From: Botryllus schlosseri
Lineage: Eukaryota
Direction: 5' to 3'
NCBI GenBank assembly: GCA_051294905.1
Contig: CM119379.1
Location: 19,530,001 to 19,594,000 of the forward strand
DNA length: 64,000 nucleotides
Each line of letters starts with the position of its first letter. Position 1 is the first letter of the stretch. Positions 38,801 through 51,083 of the stretch are shown here, in pieces. The notes under the pieces are model-generated. The model was given only the letters and a program-made list of their open reading frames with translations, had not been told where the DNA came from and did not search any database. The translations under genes and the position numbers were made by a program.

Positions 38801-41800
38801 TCACATACTGACAGTTTGGTCCCACTGTCGGGCCACTGATATTTTGACATTCCCTTGATGCCACCAATTTGTTTTTATACTTTGGCTCGGTAACAATGCT
38901 GCTGATTTGATTCTGTTGTGCCATACTAACCGACAGGATGTGATACAACCGTATCACCTGTAGATATGCGATATACATAATTAGTATTACATATTCATGC
39001 AGGAATCTTCACATACTGACGAATGAACAGACAGACAATTACGTGTGTGGTAATTCTCGATAAATAGATTTGCTTGGATGTGATGCGATCGCCACTGACA
39101 GGGCCCGGGAAATCTCGGCGATTTGCATATACTTACGCAGCGTGCGATTCTGACTGAATGGCGTTTTCTCTTGCTGGATTTGGTGTAAAACGCGATTTTA
39201 ATTTGCAAAAATCTCGCTAGGCCAGCTGGATTGTTTGAAGCTTTTGTTGCCGATTGGCCGATTGACCCGAATACTTTAATCCCGGAACAATGATTGAAAT
39301 CGGATTGCCCTGATGGGTGGCTGGTCAAATACCAAGGACTTCAGATAGGAACCCGGAAGATTTTAATTTCATAAATATCGCCGGCGCCGAAGCGAGGTGT
39401 GAAAAATTTGAATCTTGACTGCCTATCATAGACAACCAGTCATCCAAGCTATAGGTGGTCGACATTTTTTATTGTTTTTTCTTTATCGCACAGTCACGGT
39501 GTCACAAGAGCAATATTCAAGGATCGCGATACCATGCTTGTAAGCTAGGCGGACAGCTTTTGTAGAAAATAGCGAGTAAATAAAACGATTTCGCAACATT
39601 CACTGCTAGCTATATTAACTTGAGGCTACTGTGTAGGACTTTAAACTGTTACGACACAATTTTGAAGTGTCTTCACTGCTATTTGTACCGGTACATGGAA
39701 AGTTCACGCGTGGGTCAATTTGGTGTGTGAAGTATTCGTTTGTTACCTCTGTCGTTTTGGTATTGTTTCGAATAGAAATGACTATGATGTGATAAGAGCC
39801 CATCGTCAAAGATTTTGTAAGAGCTATGTAGAATTTACGAAGCAATAATGCCTTGCTGTTTTTTTTTATCAGGGTAAACATTGGGTTGTTTGTCCGTGCT
39901 TTATTCGCTGGCGATATGTGTTCTCTTCACTGTTCAGGTATGATGTCGTGACGTTTCCAAATGCAAGTTTGTAACAGGTGCTTGTGGTTACATTTCGATC
40001 TCATCAACTAACGGGCTTTTAAAATGTCGTTTATGGGCGTGGCGTGATAGTACCACAAGTTTGCTTATTTGTAATTGGGAAATCACGATTCCATCCGCAA
40101 GAAATGTCAAGGTGATGGGTTTATGGTAACCAGCTGTGCCTACACTTCAAATTACTTTCGAATCGCCGTGCTATTTCTACTGTTACAACAACAACATTTT
40201 GCGCAGGGCTAAATGTATTGTATTTTTGGATTAGTTTCTAATATGTACGATCCTAGCAGTTTTGATTAATAGTGATTGACGAGGAGGCCTGGAAAATTAG
40301 TCATACACCAACCCAGCTATCTATAATGTATGCTTTCGACCGGAAAATGAGTAGATTTAAATACTTTCTTGATGTGGTGTAGCTGACTATTTCTTTTTCG
40401 GCCGCTGAAAGTTCATGTTGACTTGAAAGATATTTTCCTGGGCTACCGAATTATGCCGATGAATTCGTTCATACGGCACAATCCGATTCGCTCGGCTCCC
40501 GAACAGGGAGCAGTGTGACATCCGATTTGAAATTTCGTCGCCTTGATCAATAAACACCTGCTGGTCGCTGACAGTGTATGCTGTATATTTGACACGAAAA
40601 GGGATTTCGCGGTCCAATTCTCGCAAAATAATAACCAGGAAGTAACAGTTTCGCCGTTAAGCAGTGTAACGGTCCAGAAAGACTTAGAGCTGAGATATTT
40701 TCCGTCATCAGTGTCTTACATTGGCAATGTATGCTTGTTGTCATAGATCCTTTGAGTTCATTTTCGTGACGAATTTTTTACTCTGCTTGCTGTAAGAATT
40801 AGTTTCGCGATGATCCCGGCTGACATTTCAGATTAGTTCCCGACTTTGATATAAGATTGAAAGCATGTATTGAATAATGTAAATCAAAAGGAAACACATG
40901 TAGAGGCGTTATGTATGAAGGACAGGTTATTTGTATATACACGACTAATACGATGACGGAATTGTGAAATGATGTTGTATGAACAAGTTTCGAGGCTTAT
41001 ACAATTATACTCCCTGTGTGTGAGTCGCGGGTACAGTGTCGGAAATTTCACGAGTTTAATCATATGTACGCGCACGCGCAGTCTTACACTTTTGTTTAGA
41101 GTTTAAAAACACCGTTTCCTTTACATATATCCTAGCTACAAAGGCGAACTTTGCTGTACTCTATACAGTGGTTACTCTTCGGGACCTAAATGAAACATGG
41201 GGCTTAGAGTATTGATACAATGTGTGCAACTGTGCATATTGACTTTAAGTATGTGCTTTATTCGCTATGAAAAGGGTGCAGGTGTAACGTACGGACGGTT
41301 TGTTATTAAAGATTCTCACAGCCTTTCAAATAGCACATTACGCTCTCAATTGAGATCCAAGCGAAAATTTATACTGGTAAAATAGCAGCTTGGCAACCCC
41401 CATTGTTAGCACCGACGCGTTCGGTTAGTTTCATTCTATTAGCAAAAATTTGCTCAATTTTTGAGAGAGCTTGCCGCAAACTATGTTAATACCTCATGGA
41501 TTTCGACCAATGTAATCAAACTCTGCGATCGGTAATAAATTTCAGCGTAATTAGAACAGAGTAATGCCACGTCAATGAAGATGTGGTTCAATTATATCAT
41601 GCCCAAAATAGCTAATTCATGTGCATTCGGTGCTTGCAGATTTACCCGAAAACGATTTGGACGCATTTCTTGATCCACTATTGTGGATCAAAGGGCAAGT
41701 TCACAGGTTTGGAATATTTGATAGGTAATTACCGTTCAGTTCAGTTTACTTTATTAAGAATGTCACCAAAAGACTGCATAGGAAGTAGTCGAATGGAATT

Positions 41801-43144
41801 GTGAAGTCAATCAATCAGAAAAGAAGGTTCCCAAACATCCATGTTAGCCTATACGGATACCGTTGGGTGTCAAAGATATCGTATTAATTGTTTGATCCCA
41901 CGATACAGGTTGAGAGAATGCCAATGTTAATTCAATCGAAGCTAAGGCTGTTTCTTCAGTCTATAATATTTAACCAACTGATCTCTACGTCATAATCGCA
42001 ATTCAGGTATATGTCAAGACGGGCAGGCCTTTGCAGTAATGGTGTCTTGCATCGTACGGTGTACGCCGGGCTCTGACGTTGCAATGCTACATAAAACGAA
42101 CATGCTGCTCTCGGTTTTTGTTTTTGTGCGATCTCGCTTGATATGGCAGATTTATATCGTAGTATATTTAGCTGGTATTTTGTGATCTCGCCGGGATATA
42201 TTTTATCACCGGCTTCTGAAGTGCAGATACGTTGCCTCAAGGGGCGTAGTTCTCCTCGACCCCTTTTCGACCCACTCAAGTCGTCTAATGTTGACCCAGA
42301 TTTCGATGAAATCGAAGTGTCCTTGTGGTTGTTGTATTTTGCAATATCAATAGGTTATTGAGTTTTTACTATTTAATATAACTATTTATTCTTTGCGCAC
42401 CTGCTCTTTCTGTCTCGTCATGATCTTACTCCGGGTAAAGGTATTCGGGCAAATATCGTATATTGCTAAATCTCGATCAATATTTATCGTACGTGATCGC
42501 GCGAAGCTTCATATTTCGGCCACGTGCTCCATCGAAAGTGCGCCCAGTTCGCGTTGATAACCGGAATCCCCGGTAATGACTGAGCACGGAGATAATCCAT
42601 CGATAGTATATTTAGCATGTCTTATCTATTACTCTTTCCGTTGAGTATTATGAGGTCAAACCAACACGTATGTCTCATCTGGCACTGTCGTTTGTCGTAT
42701 AAAAGGCTGGGACATCAGGAATTCAGAATTGTAACCCCAGTGACGTCATAATAGAATATGCTCAGAATGATCGCCTCTGCCGTGTTTGCTGCGTCATTGG
42801 TCAATGGTCATTTCGTCTTGACTACGGTATTAAAACCTGTGTTGATGGCGTAACAATAGTGACCGTTCAGCCCCTATTAGAATTGTGGGTTTTGGTTGCA
42901 TTCACAAAATCGCCCAGATGAATGTTTATCTCTCGTCTAGTATTATGTGTAATGAGTATGCTCTAGAACAGAAACCAAAGGGGATGAGAGTCAAACCCAC
43001 TCATAACTTATCGACACCGGAAGCGTAACATTATGAAAGTCGAAAATGATATTTATGATACAAATTCCCAGTGACCTATAAAGGTGTTACGGTTTGGGCT
43101 GCATGGAGTATGATGTCGAATTGGGAAATCAAATGACGCGATCT

Positions 43145-43146
<2 letters not shown>

Positions 43147-43224
<78 letters not shown>
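43147..43224. repeat. (AG)n microsatellite, about 39 units; tail of the SINE
   Basis: Uninterrupted AG run visible directly. Confidence 0.97.
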
Positions 43225-43229
<5 letters not shown>

Positions 43230-43430
43230 TTATTTTCGACTGTACCATGCTTTGACGGTGGAGTAAGTAAGTTCAGCTAGTCTGCACCACCATTATTCTC
43301 ATCCCCGCTGCTCGTGAATGCTGGGCGTCTAGCGTGATAGCCGCGGATGTACCCGTTTTCGAGTCCTTGATCTGACCCGGCCGGGGATTGAACCCACGAC
43401 CACCGATCAAAAAGCCGGAAGTATCATCAT
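43147..43430 (-). mobile_element. tRNA-derived SINE with Meta-domain-like core and (CT)n tail
   Basis: Minus strand: B-box GGTTCAATCCCC (43383-43394), then GGGTCAGATCAAGGACTCGAAAACGGGTAC...GCCCAGCATT, ending AATAAAACTT(CT)n; A-box eroded. Confidence 0.75.
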
Positions 43431-46400
43431 CATAATCACGCATCAGAATATTTTGAGAATGTCAACCATTTGCGTGATATTTGGGGCTCAAATCACCGGT
43501 ACACCTAGAAATCGAAGGTGGATATGAGTTGTTTTTTGCCAAACAATGTTTGCCTGACTGTTCTGACATCACCGTAACGTTGAACGCACGGTGCTCAAGC
43601 AGATAAATATGCGAAAACATTCTGAAACAGGTCGACGAAAGCATGTTCTTTCAAAATAAACCGAACAATCAAAATCAAGTTCGTGGTTTTTAGCAGGCTT
43701 TATAGAAACTTCAATAGATCCCCGTTTTACTAGAATTACCATATTTGAAGATCCGAGAAAGATGACACTTTTAACAAGTTACAAAAGGTTAATTTGAAAA
43801 TATTTACGATATATAAAAAAGGTCATTTTTACAACTCGACTCCCGAAAGACCTGCTGGCATTGATCTTTTTTAGGTAACCCCGAAATACAGAGTTCGCGT
43901 CGTTTAGGGCATTTTTAGTTGTCCGTGTACACTGTACAACCGCCTGGCTCACTGAGCTATAAAGGAAGACGTATTGCCAAAGAGCAGGACATTTGGGCGT
44001 CCTCGGAGAACATTTTCGATTTCTTGAAAGAGGACAAATCCTCTTAAAGGAGGGCTTGTGGTAACTGGTAAGTTGGTAACCCTAGTATAACGCATGCAAT
44101 ATCAAAAGGGAAGCAGCGAATTTTTCATTGAAGCATTCCAACAATCTGTGGACAAAGTAACGACTGACGATGTTACTGTGTAAGTCTATTTGGTGTTCAA
44201 TAAAACTTGAAGACGTGAGCCCTTCTTTAGCGAAAGTATCACGCACCACCTATACGCAGGCTATAGTCGCGTAAATTGGCGAGCGCCCGTCCTCAGATCT
44301 CCTGCTGCACAAAACCAGATAATCCCCACCGTGATATTCCCGTCTTTGAACTTTCGAATCATCTCTACGGCGCCGCTTTGCTGGGAATTGAGTTCAGTTG
44401 CATTTGTCACGACGGGATTATTGTGAATATTAATACATCCTGGTGCAGTAGACTACCTACTACTGTCTGATGAAGATTTGGAGTGATCACCGTGATTGTA
44501 ATAAGATTCCATCTGCTTCCTATTCCATCGTACCTAATTAATAGTATTCCGTGTATTCATATCTAGTAACATACGGGGACTGGGAGATTTGGCATCGCCC
44601 GTTACAGCATTTTCATTTTCATGGAATCGCGCTCGCGCCATGAATCCTAAAAGTTGAGGTATGGCTTTGTTTCGTAACTGTCGCTAATCAAGTGACTACT
44701 ATGCGAGCGAAGTTGATTTGTGCGTTTATTGACACGAGAACGCAATACATTGTTCTATCACATCACCGCATACAAAATGTTTGCGAATACGCGGTTGTAG
44801 AGCGATATTTGTTAATTTGAACATACATAACTCAATGCCATTTTTGATGCGCATATCCCCGCTTGAGTGACTTGTTATGTTTGCTGTGGTATATGTGAAG
44901 GACATATATAACTGTGTGTGATGTAAACCTGTTATAAAGTGACTCTATCAGTTTAATGAGGTTTCTGGTAGCAGTTTGCGGCCTGTATGTATAAAATTTA
45001 TATATATAGTAAAGTAGGCATGCATCCGACCAGCTATTTCAGTGATTATTTAATAATAATGAATAAATTACTGCATTCTCGAAAGTGTTATTGGATAAGG
45101 TATATCTCGCTGTTACAGATTCCTTGTTTCCGAAATCAGTATTTCAACGTTATTCTGGACATCATTTTTATTATTTTTCACCATTTTAGCAACAGATCTT
45201 CATAATTCGATCGTGGCACGTGAAGTTCGGCGGCTCAAACGCATAGTTTCCGTGTTCCGCAATGTTTACGCAATCAGATATCAAACTTATAGATTTTAAA
45301 TTAACCGGCCGCGTCCAGAGTGTATCGAAACACCTGGTACTTCAGAACTATAAAAAACTGATTTCACTGCGTAACTTCAAGTGGGGGCCATGAAAAATAG
45401 ATAGCGCCAAACGGATACGGTGGTATACACGGCTTTTTATTTGACATCTGTTAAAAGATACTCAATTTCCCGAAATTGCTTCATATGAGCAGTAATCAGT
45501 TATGCACACTGCAGTGACTAATATGGCGACTGATTGTTTACAATACGAACCTGCTGCTGGCGTGGGTATCATTTATAAGAAGGACCCGTGGAAGCTTGTG
45601 ACTATTGTAGAATTGGTCGCTTGGGTTGGCGGGTATAAAGTAGGTGTAGTGTGCGAATGACATTATCTGCTTTGCGTGTGGTGAACACAAACGTTTCGCA
45701 GTTGGAAGGTCGTGGGAATTCAGTAGTGAGGCTGTCGGTATTGGAAAAACGAACCTTCGCGAAAACAACCGCAGACGTCAGCAGGGCGCTTGATAACTAA
45801 CCCCGATCAGAATTGACGTTTGATAGTTTTGACATCTCATTCAACCCCCAAGTAGATGTCGGTCATTCAATACGGCCAACACACACCTGTATCTCTAGTT
45901 TAAGTTGTATAGAATCAGATTATCTGCCGAAGAAGAATGCAGAAAGTACACCATCTCCGAATCCTCTACGCTGCGAGCAATGTTGAAGTGCGTTCTCGCC
46001 TGGCAAGTAACACTTGCAAGGGTATAATTTGTACTGGCCTGCGATTGATGTTGGATAGATAAATTAAACGAGCTATTTTCCGCGGCAGTTAATTGGAGGC
46101 TTCGGGCAAGCTAATATTTTCGTTCCGATGGGCAGATAGAGAAATGTACGCGCATTTGTTTCGCTTTGAACTTCGTGTAATTTTGGCAATCGTTCCGGGG
46201 ACATGTTCGTCATTTTTGAACAGCTGTAACCTAAAATACGAAACTTATATTATAAACTCACTCTTTCTACTGCATGCTCCGGAATAGGCTAATGCGGTTA
46301 CAGATTGTCACGCTATCACTATTCGATGGTCACATAATGTATATTTTTTACGTCATCAATATGGTTGAATGCATTTCCGCTGCGCCTGAGCAAACGCAGT

Positions 46401-49400
46401 CCCGAGATATCGATAAGAGCACCTGGCGATTCGATATCGTCACGGTGGGATGGGATGATTCTTCTCTTCTCATTGTGAGGCATTTTTATCCGAAAGGCTT
46501 AAAAAATTTCAGGCTTACTCATGGCCATGGCTTACTTTGAAAGAAGGTACATCGGGAGTCGGGACGCATATTGCCATTCGATGAAATATATACTGCACGT
46601 TAGCGCAGTTGTCAGAGGTCATCGCGAGCTACGCAGCTGGGCTTCGCGGCTCTCTCCCTCCGACTGGGCTTTCCGAGAGTTGTCAACGGAAATAAGCGAC
46701 AGTATAGTCGCGGATATGTGACAGCATAATGTGCATAATACAAATCAAATATGGCGCGGATCCTTATAGTGTCGCTTGTAGCCGAATTGTTCGTCAGTGG
46801 CACTTGCGGAGTTTATGCAAATGCATAACAGCGAATCGAGCAGAGATACGTGCACTTTGACAGTACCTACTTATAACAATGACGGCCCTGAATATCTTCT
46901 CCGGTTTGATAATGATTTCAGCAATTCCAAATGATACACTTCCTCGCTATTCTAGTACCGGACCGAATCTGATTTGCAACTTTGCAAACATAGCGTTTAT
47001 AGACTGTTCAGTGTTCAGTGTTTAGTGTTCATGATTGCCGATAGATATACAGGCGTTACTTTGCATTAATCTCATACGTTACCTGTGTGTGACGGTGTGA
47101 TTATTAATATAATCGTATGGCAGAAATATACGAATCGTCGGCAAAAGCACTCAGGAATAAAATCGACACTGCAAAGACTTTTCGTTAATCCTGTCCTGGA
47201 AATATTTTTATATTCAGATTTAGTTGAATTTATCGTTTGTATTTTATAGATATTACTCAAAAAAGATACTTATCTATATTCTTGTGGATACGGAGATCGG
47301 CTTGGATGTTAGCGCCATCGACGCGGGATCCAAAAAAATCACCGTAAGTTAATTACAACTGTCTCAGTTTTCGTTTGCTTTTTCTGAGAGTTTTATCGTG
47401 TTTTTAAAATTAGAAAACGGATGTACAGTATAGTTATCTTCGGGTTATTATTCGTTGCGGTGGTAATTTTAACTGCGATAGGTTAAGAATTGTAAATAAT
47501 TTATATTGAAATAGAGATATACGCAGAAAGACAGAAATATGTAGAGAAATATGATTCCCTATAGTATCTTCTTTATTATTAGCAAAACTTATAGGCGAAA
47601 TTCCGAAATTCATGCGAATGTCGTTAACTTGCTAAAAGGCATTGTATAGGTTTTGAGTTGTCCTTAATTGTGATATTCATGTTGTTCTTCGACTACAATG
47701 GCTACTTAGGCTACATCATGCCGATATTCATTATCATGATTACGTATGCCTTGTTGTAGCACGGCCCACTTCTGTGCGCTTTTAGGAAATTGCATACGCG
47801 GTTTAGATCGTTTTTAGTAAAAGATTCGATTTGTGTGACTTTGCGTAAGGTTGAGTAACCGTTGAGTAACTGCTGAGAAATGATCGTGGTACATATACAT
47901 CTGAAAAACCTATGTAACGGGTAAAAATCACGTAGTTTCGAAATTCGTTTAAAAATCCATATCCACGCTTGAGCTCAATCAATACGCCAACACCGATGAG
48001 TCTACACAAAATAAATCTGTTTGAGTGGTTAGTCGCGGGATATGTTGAAAGCCGTAGTTTTTACTTACCCGCCAAACAGCGCGGGGAGATAATAAAAGAG
48101 ACGGGTCGCGGAGCGGCGGGAGAAGTGTGAAATTTGCAAGTGCTTCACACCAATTATATAAACCAAACACAAACTTATCAAAATGAACAGAGCGGAATAT
48201 TATTGGCACCGTTGGAGATTGAGACATTATGGTACCGTTATGCGACTGGCGAGCGCGCTGCGCCTCAGATTATCCAGATGCGGTGGGAATAATCGACTAT
48301 TTTTTTCTCGCACTGCGGTATTCCAATCTTGGCTGAGAATAGATTTTGAGTAGCGCGCTCGCGACTCTCGTATACCTGTAACGCGAGCGATATTTAGTTG
48401 GCAGACTACAAGGTGTTAGCGCTAGCTAATACACTGACGGTGTGGAGCATCGGCCTTAAGTGTATTTGCGTAAGGAAGAGCGAGGTACCAAAAGCGATGA
48501 AAGAACCTTATGACGAATGAGATGAGTAAACCAGTCGAGTTTTTAATAACCCACCAGTGCTCGCTTAAAATGGTGAAGAGGCAGGCGAACGCTCTTATGC
48601 AGGTGCGATCTCCGATATGTATGCCATACGATGACTCACGGCCCAGTTATATCACACCTGGTCTCGAGAAAGTGTTATTGCCCATAGGGTATGTATAGGT
48701 TGCAGTTGAACAGGCTTTTATATAGGATGTATCTAGGTACCGGTATGTTCTACAGCGAGAATGTACTGTATAGTGGCTGACGCAAGCTTAAACTGTAACT
48801 GCCTGGTTCAATGTGTCATTAAGTTACATGAACTTGAGCTGAGAATTAATTGTTCTAAATACCGGCTTCGCCTGTACGGCACATCGGAAAGGAGTAAATG
48901 AGCGGTAGTATTTTGTCACACTACGAGGTGAGGTGGAAGCAGCTGTTAATTAGTTGTTAAAGCTCGTATTCACTTTCATGTGCTGCTAAAGTTTAACATT
49001 TCGCTTGGTACTTTACTTAGATAGCTTTTTCTCAATCGACGAGAGTTAGTTAGACCGTCAGACGGAACGGGCGATTTTGCCGGCTGAGGTAACGCTTCGC
49101 GTGGCGAAGGTTGCTCTGTTTGACGGCCTGTAATATCACAAATCAATTTGATGACTCTATTTCACTGACAGCAAAAAACATCGATGTAGAGGTATATAAA
49201 TCCTAAGTTTGGTCATATACACACTGATTTGAACCAAAGGTTCAGTTTGGATTTGAGAAAGCCGAAATTGACAAAGACAATTGAGGACTTTAGCAACCAC
49301 AACCACCCGCGTTGCTGGGAACAGCATGTGGAGCCGTTGTGTCGGTAAGTCTTTAGATTTCGGAATATGTATTGCGGAAATAAATGTGCTAAGCACACAA

Positions 49401-50921
49401 AAGTATGCTGTACCAGCAAAACGTGGGTATAATTAAGGAAAGAACCAGATGTCATGGCGTATTTGTTGTTGAAAGCCATCGCTGACATCGTCAAATTTTA
49501 ATGGCGTTCTCGTCGGTTCTGTGTAGAGTGTGAATAATTTTTTTCTGATGGAAAAATCTTCGTATCACAATCAGACTCTTTCTTACCGCCATTAAATATG
49601 TGTGGAAGCTGTAATATTACGTGGGGCAAATACTGTCATATACATGGTATAGACGCCAAGATTATTTGAAGGTTTGGCCTAGGATTCCAAAACTGGTCAT
49701 ACGACAGGAATAAAGGAGTAGCGCCTAATCAGGCATATACCACTAATGCGCGTGTTATTGAACTATCTTTCTATATCTTTATTTACTACTTGCATATCTT
49801 GAATGGTCGTTTGACGGCACTGTAAACAATACATTATCGCATCATTCAGGTGTGACTTACGTTAACCATGGTGCCGTTCCATCATTGAAGATGAGATGCC
49901 AAGATTAAAGTCTTAATGTCGTGATAGTTTTGGCCCGAAGGAAGGCTGCAATATCATGATATTTGCAGTAGGTTGCGTGTCTGAGCTCGATGGTCCATCT
50001 TGAACGTGGGAAGTTCTTGAATTACAGCGCGCCAAGGTTTCCCGCGAGATGTTTTGACCTTGTTACTTCCGCGCGGGTGTGACACGGTTGATTTGAGGTG
50101 CTTCGCAAATATTTAATTTCTCTACACGATTAATTTATTGCGCTGTGTGATATCAAGAATCTCGTTAATACGCACTTCGACATACCCGAAACTGTCAATC
50201 CCCGCGGCACAGCTCAAAACGCCTGCTTCCCCGTTCAAACAGCTCAATATTTATTTCTTCAATTAGATTCCTCAGCAAATTTCCGCGCAATATTCTCCTT
50301 GTCATTTAAAACGGACTGCTTCTGCAGACCGTAGAATCGTTGTCTACTAGACAATTTATCTGCCTGCCTTCAGGAGAAATCCATAAGTGACTTATTTTAA
50401 CGCAACCTTCTCACTGCGTGGTACGCGAGTGCAGTTAATTGCAATAATTGATTACCTTGTTTCGATGTTCTGACACAGCATCCATTTCCGATACGAAATA
50501 GCTGCAATGTTTCCCATATTAGGACTTTTTACAATTTAATTATCGTAGTTTTAGAAATGCGTTATGGTGCAGATAAGATAAGACGGGGCCATCAAACCAC
50601 GTTGCTATGCACTTGTCGATTCACCATTGGAACGCGATTTTAGCGCTTTTTAAAATCTTGTGATGAATCGATACTCAGCAACTTCGCATAATTGAGTTTC
50701 TTCTACTTCGGATAATGGATTTAACGTGGACTTTTTCACACATTCCTATCCCGTGCTTGATATGCGATCGTGTACTGAAACTGATACCCGTTGTATGTAA
50801 CAAATGCACTTTGTTCGTTAATGTTTTTTTTGTCGCCAAAGGCCGCTTCGTGGGCGGTTTTAGTAGATCACAAATCGCGTGTATTATTATGACTCGCGCT
50901 CACAATTTGGTAGCGTTATTG

Positions 50922-51083
50922 TCAATAACGGTGCTTACAATGAAAAATGGCATAGACTATGCCGATTTTAGTACCCTGAACTCACTCAGGGATAGAACAC
51001 TCAACAAGCCCTTTCGCCCGGTTGTTTTGATTGGAGGCAGTACCCACATCAAGCAGATCAAGTTCATAGTTTTGTCTGGTGAA
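50922..51083 (+). pseudogene. Possible highly decayed HSP70-like fragment
   Basis: SITVLTMKNGIDY-ADFSTL-NSLRDRTLNK-PFRPVVLIGGSTHIKQI-IVLSGE follows the order of HSP70 motifs SIEIDSLYEGIDF/ADLFRSTL/ALRDAKLDK/VLVGGSTRIPK/ILSGD, but only with several gaps. Confidence 0.3.

Noticed and set aside
41956-42330. About 125-codon open frame on the minus strand
   Set aside because: No recognisable motif or splice context.
43310-43430. Functional tRNA gene
   Set aside because: Only the B-box/T-arm is intact and it runs into a SINE body.
20124-44089. A single giant (24 kb) DNA transposon bounded by the 16-bp inverted match TATACTAGGGTTACCA
   Set aside because: The flanks (GCATATAC versus GTATAACG) are not a direct TSD; two independent copies of one family with a palindromic target preference explain it more simply.
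44190-44295. LTR end plus tRNA primer-binding site (AATAAA...TGGCGAGC)
   Set aside because: Only 8 nt of PBS match, no terminal CA, and no second LTR or internal domains.
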